The notes: generated by a model not told the origin, from the sequence alone. A DNA stretch of 63,447 bases, filler included, from Candidatus Rokuibacteriota bacterium (GCA_031406795.1; 5 parts of 5 records of this genome joined end to end with filler, not necessarily neighbours in it); one strand, 5' to 3'; shown: positions 43,569 through 53,877, counted from the whole stretch's first letter. Made by a program: numbers and translations.

Positions 43569-44036
43569 ATGAAGATGAAAACATTCGGCACCTTCGCCCT
43601 TGCGGCTCTGATGGCCTTCGCGATGGCCCAGCCCGCCCTCGCGGACCCCGCGGTGAAATCCTCGAGCTATGGCGTAAACATCCGTAAGACCGAGGTCTCC
43701 GGGTACACCCTGACCTATTACCTTCTTGATGTTGCCACAAAGCAGGCAACCAACATCATGCCCAGCGAGGCGACATCGAGCGATTTCTACAAGATGAAGT
43801 CCCACCACCTCATGGTATTTGTCACGCGCCCCGACGGGAGACCGGCTACGGAGGGCAAGGCCGGGTTTCTCGTGACTCAACCCAACAAGACCGAGACCAG
43901 GGACATTGCGTTTTCCATGGACGGGGGCTTCGGCAGTGACGTGGATCTCCCCTCCAAGGGCGACTTCGCGATCGCTACCAAGATCGTTCTCGCGGACGTG
44001 GATCTCCTGGACAGGTTCGTCTACACCATAAAGTAG
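43569..44036 (+). CDS. Exported protein with a KSHHLMV motif, putative metal-binding (paralogue of 57767-58297)
   Basis: Signal peptide; collinear similarity with the 57767 protein through to FVYT(I/V)K*. Confidence 0.7.
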   Translation: MKMKTFGTFALAALMAFAMAQPALADPAVKSSSYGVNIRKTEVSGYTLTYYLLDVATKQATNIMPSEATSSDFYKMKSHHLMVFVTRPDGRPATEGKAGFLVTQPNKTETRDIAFSMDGGFGSDVDLPSKGDFAIATKIVLADVDLLDRFVYTIK

Positions 44037-44047
44037 GTGGCCGTCCT

Positions 44048-44075
44048 GCGGCGGCATCGGCAGCGATGCCGCCGC
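44048..44075. terminator. GC hairpin after the 43569 gene
   Basis: gcggcggcatcg-gcag-cgatgccgccgc; no clear U-tract. Confidence 0.4.
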
Positions 44076-44286
44076 TCCGGCGATGTCACATCTTGGTGCA
44101 CGAAGACAACGAGATGATGGTGCCGCCGGTTCGTCGACGCCTGTGAACCACGGCGCGTCTCTATGTCCCTGGCTCCGTCTTTCGCGGCGAAGCTGGACCG
44201 GATAGCGATGCAATTGTCATGCGGTAGCGCTCCAATCGCCAAAGGCCACGGCATGACCACGGCACCAGCAATCACCGCACCACAGC

Positions 44287-44335
44287 AAAAGGGGACAGGT
44301 TTATTTTCCGCTGAAAAATGGATCTGTCCCCTTTT
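44287..44335. repeat. GGGGACAG-type palindromic repeat, possible bidirectional terminator
   Basis: aaaaggggacaggtttattttcc...gaaaaatggatctgtcccctttt. Confidence 0.6.
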
Positions 44336-44349
44336 TGATCCGCCCGCGT

Positions 44350-45453
44350 ATGACCGATCGTGACGGCGGCGGTGACGTCGAGCGCAGCATCCTGCTCGGC
44401 CTCGCCGCCGAGTGGCGCGAGGCACTGGCGCTCGTGCCCCGGCGCCAGCGCGACCGGCTGCATCGGCCGCAGTTTTCGCTCAGCGACGCCGAGCGCCGGC
44501 TCGGCGTCTGGGACCCGGCGCGCGAGGAGATCCGCATCAGTCGTCGCTTCGCGCTCGATCGCGGCTGGGACGAGGTGCGGGAACTGCTGCGTCACGAGAT
44601 GGCGCACCAGCTCGCCGACCAGGCGCTCGGCGGCGGCGCCGAGACCTCCCACGGGCCGGCGTTTCGCGAGGCCTGCCGCGTTCTCGGTGCGCACCCCGGG
44701 GCCTCCGGAGAATTTCTTCCCCTCGGCGCCCGGCTGGAGGGCAACGCCGACCCGGCGCGGGCGCGGGTGCTCGGCCGGGTGCAGCGGCTGTTGGCGCTGG
44801 CCGCGAGCGCGAACCGCCACGAGGCGGAACTGGCGCTGCTGCGGGCCCGGGAATATGCGCGGCGCCACCACGTGGACGAGCACCAGGGAGGCGACGAGTT
44901 CCTCAGCGCCTTCGCCGGGCGCCCCGCGCTGCGCCACACCCGCGAGGAGTACCAGCTCGCGGCGCTCGTGACGCGGACCTGGGAAGCCTACGGCATCTGG
45001 GTGCCGGCCTGGGTCGTGGAGCGCGGACGCATGGGCACGGTGCTCGAGCTCAGCGGCACCCCGGCGCAGGTCAAGCTCGCCGGGTACGTCCACGAGTTCG
45101 TGCGGCGCCACATCGCGGCCGAGTGGGAACGCTACAACCGCGGCCGGCGGCTCGGCGCGCGGCGTCGCACGGATTTCGGCTGCGGCCTGATCGAAGGTTT
45201 TCGCGGCACGCTCGAGCGTGGCGCGTCGGGGCAGGGGCCGGGCGCGGGCGCGGGCGCCGCAGTCGTGCGAACGGGACAGGATCCGGTATTCAGCGACTAT
45301 CTGGCGACGCGCTACCCGAGGCGTTCCACGATCAGGCGCGGTGGCGGGAGCGTCGATCCGGCCGTCCATCGCGACGGCGTGCGCGCCGGCGAGCGCCTGG
45401 TCATCCGCGAGGGCATCGAGGGCGCGGCCTCCCCACGTCGTCTCATACGGTGA
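44350..45453 (+). CDS. SprT-like zinc metalloprotease / DUF2786-type protein
   Basis: LLRHEMAHQL, HGPAFREAC, RVQRLLALAASANRHEAELA. Confidence 0.8.
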   Translation: MTDRDGGGDVERSILLGLAAEWREALALVPRRQRDRLHRPQFSLSDAERRLGVWDPAREEIRISRRFALDRGWDEVRELLRHEMAHQLADQALGGGAETSHGPAFREACRVLGAHPGASGEFLPLGARLEGNADPARARVLGRVQRLLALAASANRHEAELALLRAREYARRHHVDEHQGGDEFLSAFAGRPALRHTREEYQLAALVTRTWEAYGIWVPAWVVERGRMGTVLELSGTPAQVKLAGYVHEFVRRHIAAEWERYNRGRRLGARRRTDFGCGLIEGFRGTLERGASGQGPGAGAGAAVVRTGQDPVFSDYLATRYPRRSTIRRGGGSVDPAVHRDGVRAGERLVIREGIEGAASPRRLIR

Positions 45454-45553
45454 CGGGCGGGGATCAACCCCGCCCCAACGACGAAGACGGGCGGGGATCA
45501 ACCCCGCCCCTACGACGGTGACGGGCGGGGATCAACCCCGCCCCTACGACGAA
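45452..45553 (+). repeat. 3 x 34-bp tandem REP array at the contig end
   Basis: gacgggcggggatcaaccccgcccc(t/a)acgacg(aa/gt) x3. Confidence 0.9.
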
Positions 45554-45557
45554 GACA

Positions 45558-45657
45558 NNNNNNNNNNNNNNNNNNNNNNNNNNNNNNNNNNNNNNNNNNN
45601 NTTAATTAATTAANNNNNNNNNNNNNNNNNNNNNNNNNNNNNNNNNNNNNNNNNNNN
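45558..45657. other. Artificial contig linker
   Basis: N/TTAATTAATTAA/N. Confidence 0.99.
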
Positions 45658-46815
45658 CTCGGGCTTGTCGGCGATCACGCACTCGGTCGTGATCATCAGG
45701 CCGGCGATCGACGCCGCGTTCTGCAGAGCAGTCCGGGTGACCTTGGTCGGGTCGATGATCCCGGCCTCGATCATGTCCATGTATTCCTCGGTCGCCGCAT
45801 TGAAGCCGTATGCGATCTTCTTGTTCTTCTTCACTTCCATCACGATCACCGCACCCTCGACACCGGCGTTGATCACGATCTGCCGGATCGGCTCCTCGAG
45901 CGCGCGCTTGACGATCTGCACGCCGACCGCCTGGTCGCCCTCGAGCTTGAGCTCATCGAGCGCCGCAACACAGCGCAGCAGCGCCACGCCGCCGCCCGGG
46001 ACGATGCCCTCTTCGACGGCCGCACGGGTCGCATTGAGCGCATCCTCGACGCGGGCCTTCTTTTCCTTCATCTCGGTCTCGGTCGAGGCGCCGACGTTGA
46101 TCACCGCCACGCCGCCGACCAGCTTCGCGAGACGCTCCTGGAGCTTCTCCTTGTCGTAGTCCGAGGTGCTCTCCTCGACCTGGGCGCGGATGACCTTGAC
46201 GCGGCCCTCGATCTCGGAGGGCTTGCCGTAGCCTTCGACGATCGTCGTGTTGTCCTTGTCGATCGTGATGCGCTTGGCGCGGCCCAGATCGGCCAGCTTG
46301 ACGTTCTCGAGCTTGATCCCCAGATCCTCGGTGATCAGCTTGCCGCCGGTGAGAATCGCGATGTCCTCGAGCATCGACTTGCGGCGATCGCCGAAGCCGG
46401 GGGCCTTGACCGCCGCGGCGTTGAGCGTGCCGCGCAGCTTGTTGACCACCAGCGTCGCCAGCGCCTCACCCTCGACCTCCTCGGCCAGGATCAGCAGCGG
46501 CTTGCCCATCTTCGCGATCTGCTCGAGGATCGGCAGCAGGTCCTTCATCGAGGAGATCTTCTTCTCGTTGATCAGGATGTAGCAGTCCTCGAGGATCGCC
46601 TCCATCCGCTCGGGCTTGGTCACGAAGTAGGGGCTCAGGTAGCCGCGGTCGAACTGCATCCCCTCGACCACTTCGAGGTTGGTCTCCGTGCCCTTGGCCT
46701 CTTCGACCGTGATCACGCCATCCTTGCCGACCTTCTCCATCGCCTCGGCGATGATGTCGCCGATCGTCGTGTCGTTGTTCGCCGAGATCGAGCCGACCTG
46801 CGAGATCTCCTTTTT
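45658..46815 (-). pseudogene. groEL: 5'-truncated groEL (from KEISQV to IADKPE), fused in frame to a SOUL fragment
   Basis: [58 protein letters not shown]. The N-terminal region of roughly 140 aa is absent. Confidence 0.9.
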
Positions 46816-47055
46816 CTCGCGCGAGCGATTGCCGCCGGAGATGTAGCGGAAGAGCTTGTCAAACGCCTTGTTGCCTGCCTCCTCGAGGGTGCCCTCCACC
46901 AGCGTTTCGGCCACGACGTGGGGCGCGTAGTCGCGGATCTCGAACGCCCCGTCCTTGGTCACCACGTTGTATGGCGCCTCTTCGATCGCCTTGGCAGCCC
47001 CCGGTCTCAGGTTTGCAGACAGCGACAAGCACGCAATGCGGAGTGATCTCTGCAC
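46810..47055 (-). pseudogene. N-terminal fragment of a SOUL heme-binding protein
   Basis: [28 protein letters not shown]...[18 protein letters not shown]; stops just before the expected IxMTAPV motif. Confidence 0.8.
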
Positions 47056-47060
47056 AGCCG

Positions 47061-47807
47061 CTAGAACCGGGTTTCCACTCCCGCGACCGGGTAGTGGAAG
47101 AGCGAGAAGGTGTAGACCTCGTCGTTGTCGGCCCCGCCCTCGAGAATCCGGTAGCCCGCGAAGAGCTTCGTCGACGTGCCGATGTCGAGCACCACGGCGA
47201 ACAGGACGTCCTCGGCCCGCCCTTGTGACGCCCCGAGGGCATCCCCGACCAGTCGGAGCGACCAGGGAGGCGCAACCCGCCATTCCGCCACGAAATTGAT
47301 CAGCGGCACGACACCCGTGTTGGTTTTCTCGGCCCGCAGTCCGCCTCCTTCGAGCGAGATGGCTGCGTCCCGAATCTTGGCCGTCAGGCCCAGCCAGAGG
47401 TCGAAGCTCTCCCAGGGTGAAAACTTGTAGCGCCAGGTGAGCCGGTAGGAGTCGAAGCGGAAGCTGCCGTCGAGCTGCGTCCCCGCCGGGAAGCGCGTGC
47501 CGGCGAAGTCGACATCGTGGTCGACCCTCCCATGGGAGTCGACGCTGAGCGGCGACGCCATGATCCCGAGGTAGTTGCGCTTCCCGAGGAGGTAGCCGAT
47601 TTCGACGCGCCCGCTGAACGCCGTATCCGCGGCGAGATCGTCGGAGAAGGAGATGTCCGTGCCCCCGCTGCCGGGTATGTGGATGTCGTTGTAGCCGGTG
47701 AATACCACCGCGCCCTGCAGGTTCAGCACGAACTCGGCCCGCGCCTGGCCGACCAGTCCCGCGCAGAGGAGCGCGGTTGTACCCAGAAGAACAGCGGCGA
47801 TTTTCAC
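47061..47807 (-). CDS. Outer-membrane beta-barrel protein
   Basis: Signal peptide, [27 protein letters not shown], terminal Phe; GGAGG RBS. Confidence 0.75.
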   Translation of the reverse strand: MKIAAVLLGTTALLCAGLVGQARAEFVLNLQGAVVFTGYNDIHIPGSGGTDISFSDDLAADTAFSGRVEIGYLLGKRNYLGIMASPLSVDSHGRVDHDVDFAGTRFPAGTQLDGSFRFDSYRLTWRYKFSPWESFDLWLGLTAKIRDAAISLEGGGLRAEKTNTGVVPLINFVAEWRVAPPWSLRLVGDALGASQGRAEDVLFAVVLDIGTSTKLFAGYRILEGGADNDEVYTFSLFHYPVAGVETRF

Positions 47808-47976
47808 AGATTCCTCCGATCGGTTGTCGGGGTTGTTTCGGGATTGTCGGGCGGGCATGTCCCGAAGTCAAGGCGGGTGAGTTGCCCGCGCCGCTTTGGC
47901 CCGCGCCGCGCACTCCTGCTACTATGAACGTACGCAGGTGAGCAGAAGGTCGGGAATCCAACCGGGAGAGGCGCAC

Positions 47977-48369
47977 ATGAACCTCAAGGACTATTTTGCG
48001 GCGCAGCATGGGATCGGTGTTCTTTCGACCGCCGACGGCGAGGGGCGGGTGGACGCCGCCGTCTACTCCCGGCCGCACGTCTTCGACGACGGCACCGTCG
48101 CGTTCGTGATGCGCGAGCGGCTGACGCACCACAACGTGAGCCAGAACGCCTATGCCGCATACCTTTTCATCGAGGAGGGTTCCGCGCTCGGCGGCGTGCG
48201 CCTCTTCCTGAGAAAGCTGAAAGAGGAAACGGACCACGCGCTGATCGCGTCGATGACGCGGCGGCACCTGAGCGCCGAGGAAGACAGCGCGAAGGGGCCG
48301 AAGTACCTCGTCACCTTCGCCGTTGAAGAGGTTCTGCCGCTGATCGGGGCGGGGCGGACGCAGGGGTAG
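47977..48369 (+). CDS. Pyridoxamine 5'-phosphate oxidase-like FMN-binding protein
   Basis: [30 protein letters not shown]. Confidence 0.8.
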   Translation: MNLKDYFAAQHGIGVLSTADGEGRVDAAVYSRPHVFDDGTVAFVMRERLTHHNVSQNAYAAYLFIEEGSALGGVRLFLRKLKEETDHALIASMTRRHLSAEEDSAKGPKYLVTFAVEEVLPLIGAGRTQG

Positions 48370-48422
48370 GGGTGGGCCCCGGACACGGGCGACGTCCGTG
48401 GTATCCTGCCCGGGTGAACGCC

Positions 48423-49388
48423 ATGGTCGAGAGCGCGATCCGCGTCGGCATCAGTTCCTGCCTGCTTGGCAACCCGGTCCGCTTCGACGGTGGGCACAAG
48501 CTGGACCTCTATCTTCGCGACACCCTCGGCGCCTTCGTCGACTGGGTCCCGGTCTGCCCGGAGATCGAGTGCGGGCTGACGGTCCCGCGCGAGGCGCTGC
48601 GTCTCGTCGGCGACCCGCGCGACCCGCGGCTTGTGACCGCGCGAACCGCCGTCGACCACACCGCCGGGATGAAGGCGTGGGCCGCGCGGCGGCTCGACGC
48701 GCTGGAGCGCGAGGACCTCTGCGGTTTCGTCTTCAAGAGCCGCTCGCCCAGTTCCGGGATGCGGCAAATAAAGGTCTACCCGCCCGAAGGCGGCGTCCCC
48801 AAGCCCGCCGGCGTCGGCATCTTCGCACGCGCGTTCATCGAGCGCTTCCCGCTGCTGCCGGTCGAGGACGAGGGGCGGCTGAACGACCCGCAGCTGCGCG
48901 AGGGCTTCATCGAACGGCTCTTCGTCATGTCGCGCTGGAAGCGCTACTGTCGCGACGACGGCACCGCCGGCGGTTTCGTGGCCTTCCACACGGAGCACAA
49001 ACTCATCGTGCTGGCCCACAGTCCGAAGCACTACGCTGCGCTCGGGAAGCTCGCGGCAGACGCGGGCGCGCAGGGGCGGCGTCCGCCCGCGGCGCTGCTG
49101 GACGCCTATCTGGCCACCCTTCTGGAGGGGCTGAGGCTGGTCGCGACGGCCGCCAAGCACGCGAACGTGCTGCAGCACGCCGCGGGCTATTTCAAGCGCC
49201 TGTTGTCGCCGGACGAGAAGGTCGAACTTGGCGAGGCGATCGAGTCCCACCGCCGCGGGCTGATCCCGATGGTCGTCCCGGTGACGCTGCTCGCGCACTA
49301 CACGCGTGTCCACGGCGAGCCCTGGCTGGCGCGCCAGCACTACCTGCACCTGCAGCCGCGCGAACTGATGCTGCGCAACCATGTCTGA
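48423..49388 (+). CDS. DUF523/DUF1722 (YbgA-like) protein
   Basis: [51 protein letters not shown]. Confidence 0.9.
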   Translation: MVESAIRVGISSCLLGNPVRFDGGHKLDLYLRDTLGAFVDWVPVCPEIECGLTVPREALRLVGDPRDPRLVTARTAVDHTAGMKAWAARRLDALEREDLCGFVFKSRSPSSGMRQIKVYPPEGGVPKPAGVGIFARAFIERFPLLPVEDEGRLNDPQLREGFIERLFVMSRWKRYCRDDGTAGGFVAFHTEHKLIVLAHSPKHYAALGKLAADAGAQGRRPPAALLDAYLATLLEGLRLVATAAKHANVLQHAAGYFKRLLSPDEKVELGEAIESHRRGLIPMVVPVTLLAHYTRVHGEPWLARQHYLHLQPRELMLRNHV

Positions 49389-50370
49389 ACAAGCCGGGCG
49401 ACCAATGCGCGTGCTGCTGACCGGGGCGACCGGCTTCATCGGCGGCCGGCTCCTCCCGGCGCTCGACGCCGCAGGTTTCTCCGTTCGCTGTCTGGTGCGC
49501 ACCGGCGAGACGCTTGTCGTTCGTCAACCGCTCTCCCGGACGCCGGAGGTCGTCGCAGCCGATCTGCTCGACGCATCCTCGCTGCCGGCGGCGCTCGCGG
49601 GGATGGACGCGGCGTACTATCTCGTGCACTCGATGGGCGGCCGGACGATCGGCGAGATCGACGCTTTCGCCGATCGGGACCGTCGTGCCGCGACGAATTT
49701 CCTCGCCGCCGCGAAAGCTGCCGGGGTCGCCCGCATCATCTACCTCGGGGGGCTCGGCGAGACGGGCGACAAGCTCTCGCATCACCTCGCCAGCCGGCTC
49801 GAGGTGGCGCGCATCCTGCAGTCCGATCCGGACGTGGCGACGACCGCGCTGCGCGCCGCGGTCATCATCGGCGCCGGCGGCGCGTCCTTCGAGTTGCTGC
49901 GCTACCTCGTCGAGCGCCTGCCGGTGATGACCGTCCCGCGCTGGGTCGACACGCGCTGCCAGCCGATCGCGGTCGACGACGTGATCGGGTACCTCGTCGG
50001 CTGCCTGCAGATGCCCGCGACCGCCGGGCTCTCGCTCGACATCGGCGGCCCCGAGATCACCACCTACCGCGGGATGATGCGCACCTATGCGCGGGTTCGC
50101 GGGCTCCACCGGCTGATCATCCCGGTGCCGGTGCTCACCCCGCGGTTGTCGGCGTACTGGATCAATCTGGTGACCCCGGTGCCCGCCGGCGTCGTCTACC
50201 CGCTCGTCGAGGGGCTGAAAAACGAGGTGATCTGCCGGGACACCCGCATTCTCGAACTGGTGCCGATAGCGCTCACGCACATGGACACGGCAATTTGCGC
50301 CGCGCTCGCACAGACCGCGGCCGGCCCGGGGAAACTCCCGTCGCGCCAGGCGTGCTTTCTTGACCGCTAG
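49381..50370 (+). CDS. NAD(P)-binding atypical SDR (YbjT-like)
   Basis: LTGATGFIG, AYYLVHSM, SHHLASRLEV, GGASFELLRYLVERLP. Confidence 0.88.
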   Translation: MSEQAGRPMRVLLTGATGFIGGRLLPALDAAGFSVRCLVRTGETLVVRQPLSRTPEVVAADLLDASSLPAALAGMDAAYYLVHSMGGRTIGEIDAFADRDRRAATNFLAAAKAAGVARIIYLGGLGETGDKLSHHLASRLEVARILQSDPDVATTALRAAVIIGAGGASFELLRYLVERLPVMTVPRWVDTRCQPIAVDDVIGYLVGCLQMPATAGLSLDIGGPEITTYRGMMRTYARVRGLHRLIIPVPVLTPRLSAYWINLVTPVPAGVVYPLVEGLKNEVICRDTRILELVPIALTHMDTAICAALAQTAAGPGKLPSRQACFLDR

Positions 50371-50813
50371 CTCCCCGCCGCGCGGCGTTCCGCCCCGGAC
50401 TTAAGGTCCAGGAGGAACCGCCGCGTCAGCTCCCGGAAACGCCACGTCGGGAAGAACGGCCCGGAGAGAGCAACCGTCGGGCCGGAGAGATCCTCGACGC
50501 TGTCGCAGCGCGTACCGCCCGCTTGCTCAGCGAAGTGAAACCAGTGCCGCCCGCGCACGCCCCAGCGCTCGGCGACCCAGAGCAGCCGCGAGGGCGCCAC
50601 CACGAGTTCGATGCGCACTGCAAAGGGGATGGCGAAACCAAACGACTGCAGACGGCACGAGAAGCCGGCGCCCCCGGCCAGCGAGGCGTCCGGCGCCGTC
50701 CCGACCTCGGTGAGCACGCTGTTCCAGCCGGCCCAGCAGGTCAGGTCGGTGAACATCCGCCATGCGACCTCGCGCGGGGCGTCGATCATAACCGACTCTT
50801 CGATGCGGCGCAC
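50367..50813 (-). CDS. SRPBCC/polyketide cyclase-like protein
   Basis: IEESVMIDAPREVAW..FTDL..WAGWN; GGAGG RBS. Confidence 0.75.
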   Translation of the reverse strand: MRRIEESVMIDAPREVAWRMFTDLTCWAGWNSVLTEVGTAPDASLAGGAGFSCRLQSFGFAIPFAVRIELVVAPSRLLWVAERWGVRGRHWFHFAEQAGGTRCDSVEDLSGPTVALSGPFFPTWRFRELTRRFLLDLKSGAERRAAGS

Positions 50814-50849
50814 ACCACCTCCCTGCTCAGAGTATCGGCGTCCCGACCG

Positions 50850-50990
50850 CCGGCGTCAAACGCGTTGAGCCGCGGGGCGGATCGCTCTTCGGGCTGGCTT
50901 GCCGTGACGATCCCTCCCGGCCAGCGGTGATCCCACCCGGGGATGGTGTAGAGGACCACCTCGGGCCCCGCAGCGCCACAGACTCCCGGC
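50850..50990 (-). pseudogene. C-terminal remnant of a PHB-depolymerase/LpqC-like esterase
   Basis: GPEVVLYTIPGWDHRWPGG resembles the EVVLYTIxGGGHxWPGG catalytic-His region; no start codon or upstream domain. Confidence 0.5.
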
Positions 50991-51239
50991 GGCGGTTGAC
51001 AGCCTGAAAAGGTGACGTTGACCGCTTACGGCGCACTCCCCGGAGGCGTCAGCCCGTACTTGCGAATTCGACAGCCGATCTACCGCGGCGTGATTCCCAG
51101 CTTGCGGTGGCTTCAATGCACGCCTGGAGAAGCGGAGAAAGTGATGCGGGTGCTGTTCTGAGGGGGAACCGCCCCGGCGGGGTCGCCGCCGGGGATTCGC
51201 TTCTTCGCCCGGGGAAGGATTTGAAATCTGTCCCCTCTT

Positions 51240-51470
51240 GGTGATCGTCGAGCGCCTGCGCGGCGCCCTTCTTGGCCTTCTTCCTGCCGACGCTCGAGAT
51301 CATCCCGAGGTTCATGTCGTCGTCAGCTATGATCTTGACCGCCTCGGCCGGCTTCATCGCGCCGACCTTGCGGTAGACCTGGCCCGGCGCGAGCTTCTTG
51401 CCGTTCGGTCCGTCATCGGCGAGCAGCAGCGGTTTGGACGCCAACTTCTCGCGGCGGGGGAAAAGATCCT
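51240..51470 (-). pseudogene. Coding-like fragment of an unknown protein
   Basis: FPRREKLASKPLLLADDGPNGKKLAPGQVYRKVGAMK...: GC-rich third positions, but embedded in non-coding-looking flanks. Confidence 0.3.
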
Positions 51471-51612
51471 CGTTGGCGCCAGGGTCATCGTCGGCGCGGG
51501 GGGAATCCCCGTCCGGGGGAAGCCTCCGGGACCAGGCTGGAGACCGAGGCGGCTCCGGGGGACCCAACACGAAGGGCGGGTCCCCGTTTCCGGGAACCCG
51601 CCCCTGAACATC

Positions 51613-51747
51613 GGGAGGGGGTGAACCCCTCCCCTACACCATGACCATCGTCGACCACGCGGATAATGCCCCGCGTATTTTACCGTCGTGAATCGTGCGG
51701 GGTTGCTTCCGCCCGATCCGTCGTAGGGGCGGGGTTGACCCCGGCCC
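51613..51747. repeat. REP pair downstream of the groEL stop
   Basis: gggagggggtgaacccctcccctac (51613-51637) and gtaggggcggggttgaccccggccc (51723-51747). Confidence 0.7.
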
Positions 51748-51762
51748 GCCACGCTTGACGGT

Positions 51763-51943
51763 TTAGTACCTATCCCCGCCGCCCATGCCGCCCATGCCGC
51801 CGCCCTTCTTGTCGTCCTCGGGCTTGTCGGCGATCACGCACTCGGTCGTGATCATCAGGCCGGCGATCGACGCCGCGTTCTGCAGAGCAGTCCGGGTGAC
51901 CTTGGTCGGGTCGATGATCCCGGCCTCGATCATGTCCATGTAT
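51763..51943 (-). CDS. groEL: groEL 3' end (partial)
   Basis: ...[26 protein letters not shown]. 51817-51943 is identical to 45658-45784. Confidence 0.9.
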
Positions 51944-52043
51944 NNNNNNNNNNNNNNNNNNNNNNNNNNNNNNNNNNNNNNNNNNNNTTAATTAATTAAN
52001 NNNNNNNNNNNNNNNNNNNNNNNNNNNNNNNNNNNNNNNNNNN
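51944..52043. other. Artificial contig linker
   Basis: N/TTAATTAATTAA/N. Confidence 0.99.
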
Positions 52044-52483
52044 CCGCTCGGCCGCACGAGGTAATGGAACACCTCGCCGAGCCCGGTCGCGACGGGACCG
52101 AGCGTGGGGCGGGGCGTCCCTTCCGGCAGCTCGACGGATTGCATGCGCTCGAGGACGAGCTGGCGCGCGAAGTAGATGTCCGTGCCGTCCTCGAAGACGA
52201 CGGTCACCTGCGAGAGGCCGAACTTCGAGATCGACCGGACCTCCTTGAGCTTCGGCAGCCCCGAAATCGCCTGCTCCAGCGGTGCGGTCACCTGCCGCTC
52301 GATCTCGAACGGCGAGAGCGCCGAGGCGACCGTGTTGATCTGCACCTGGACCGGCGTGGTGTCGGGGAAGGCATCCATCGGCAGGCGCGCGAAGGCCAGC
52401 GCGCCGAGCAGCGCGATCCCGACCCAGATGACGATGACCGCGAGCCGGTGGTCGAGCGACCAGTTGATGACGCGATTGAGCAT
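52044..52483 (-). CDS. czcA: CzcA/CusA heavy-metal RND permease, N-terminal part (cut by the contig end)
   Basis: LPMDAFPDTTPVQVQINT, RSISKFGLSQVTVVFEDGTDIYFARQ, LGPVATGLGEVF. Confidence 0.9.
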
Positions 52484-52493
52484 TGCGGCGCTC

Positions 52494-53876
52494 CTACCTG
52501 GTTTCCACGTCGCAGCACCCCGCGCCGATGGAGTCCTTGAGGGTCTCGGTCTTCAGAAAGAAACTCCCCGCGGTCACCACCTCCTCGCCCGGCTCGATGC
52601 CGGAGACCAGGTCGATGAGCTCCGCGTCCCAGCGCCCCGGCACCACCCGGACCCGCCGGGTCTCGTACTCCGCCGGACCGAGGCGGACGAAGGCGACCTG
52701 GACGGACTTGGCCCGCTGGATCGCACCGCGGGGGACGGCGGCGGAGACCCGCGTGCTTCCGAGCCGGATGCGGGCTTTCCCGAACATGTTGGCGCGGAGC
52801 AGGCCCGAAGCGTTGGCCAGCCGGACTCGTATCCTGACGGTTCGCGTCAGCGGGTCGACCGCCGTCGCGATCTGCGCGACCGTGCCGCTGAATTCGCGAT
52901 CCCCCAATGCGTCGACGGTCAGCGTGACGGCGCTCCCGATGTGCACCGCGGCGAGATCGGCCTCGCGCACCGCGACCTCCGCCCAGAGGGTGGAGGTGTC
53001 GACGATCTCGAAGAGCGCCTGCTCTGTCCCGACGTACTGTCCGAGCGAGACGGTCCTCTGGGTCACGACCCCCGAAAACGGGGCGCTGAGCGTATAGGTG
53101 CCGCCGCTGCCGCTGCCGGCGCCGACGATCCCGAGTGAAGACGCCAGCGCAGCGTGCCCGGCCCTGGCCTGCTCCAGCTCCTGCTCGGCCGCTTCGACGT
53201 CCACGCGCGCGGAGATCCCTTTCTGATGAAGCTCGATCTCACGGTGGTACTTCACCTCAGCGAGCCTGACCTGGGAGGTGGCCGCCGAGAGCCGGGACTG
53301 CTCGGCGCCGACCTCGGCGCTCTCGACGACGGCGAGGGCCGCCCCGGCCTTCACCGCCTCCCCCACGTCGACGTGGAGCCGCCTTACGACGCCGGGCGAC
53401 CGCGCGTTGACATGGGCGATGCGGGTCGCGTCGTGAACGATCGTGGCCGGCGCGACGATTTCCGTAGTCGCCTTGCCGTGGAGGGCTCTTACCGTCTCGA
53501 TCCCCGCGAGCCGCGCGGTGTCGTTCGATTTCAGCTTGATCCTGGTCCCGTCGGCAGGAGCGCCGTCGCCGGCGACATCGAGCGCGGGCTTGCCGCCGCT
53601 CTCGGGGCGACACACCGGGCAGACGGACTCCGGGAAGCCGTGCTCCTGGCACCAGTCGCCCTTGGCCCGGAAGACGGCCTCGAGCGCCGGGTTGCACTTC
53701 GGGCAGACCGCCTCCAGGACGCCGTGCTCTGCGCAAAGCCCTTCCGCGGCGGGCGGCACGGCTGCCGATTTCACCTCAGCCGGGATGGCTTCGACCTTCG
53801 GCGGCTGTGCCTCCTGCCGGCACCCCGCTGCGAGCGCGATCGCGATCGGGAGCAGGAGGAAGGCGATCCGGCGCAT
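52494..53876 (-). CDS. CzcB-like membrane fusion lipoprotein with N-terminal Cys/His repeats
   Basis: Lipobox AAGC; CAEHGVLEAVCPKCNP and DWCQEHGFPESVCPVC; MFP core; GSFFLK; C-terminal AGCCD. Confidence 0.88.
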   Translation of the reverse strand: MRRIAFLLLPIAIALAAGCRQEAQPPKVEAIPAEVKSAAVPPAAEGLCAEHGVLEAVCPKCNPALEAVFRAKGDWCQEHGFPESVCPVCRPESGGKPALDVAGDGAPADGTRIKLKSNDTARLAGIETVRALHGKATTEIVAPATIVHDATRIAHVNARSPGVVRRLHVDVGEAVKAGAALAVVESAEVGAEQSRLSAATSQVRLAEVKYHREIELHQKGISARVDVEAAEQELEQARAGHAALASSLGIVGAGSGSGGTYTLSAPFSGVVTQRTVSLGQYVGTEQALFEIVDTSTLWAEVAVREADLAAVHIGSAVTLTVDALGDREFSGTVAQIATAVDPLTRTVRIRVRLANASGLLRANMFGKARIRLGSTRVSAAVPRGAIQRAKSVQVAFVRLGPAEYETRRVRVVPGRWDAELIDLVSGIEPGEEVVTAGSFFLKTETLKDSIGAGCCDVETR

Positions 53877-53877
53877 C

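Noticed and set aside
45610-48267. 885-aa ORF as a single giant GroEL fusion
   Set aside because: The upstream part overlaps the real OM-barrel gene out of frame and the PNPOx gene in antisense, and the end runs into the N linker. Only the SOUL::groEL part is meaningful.
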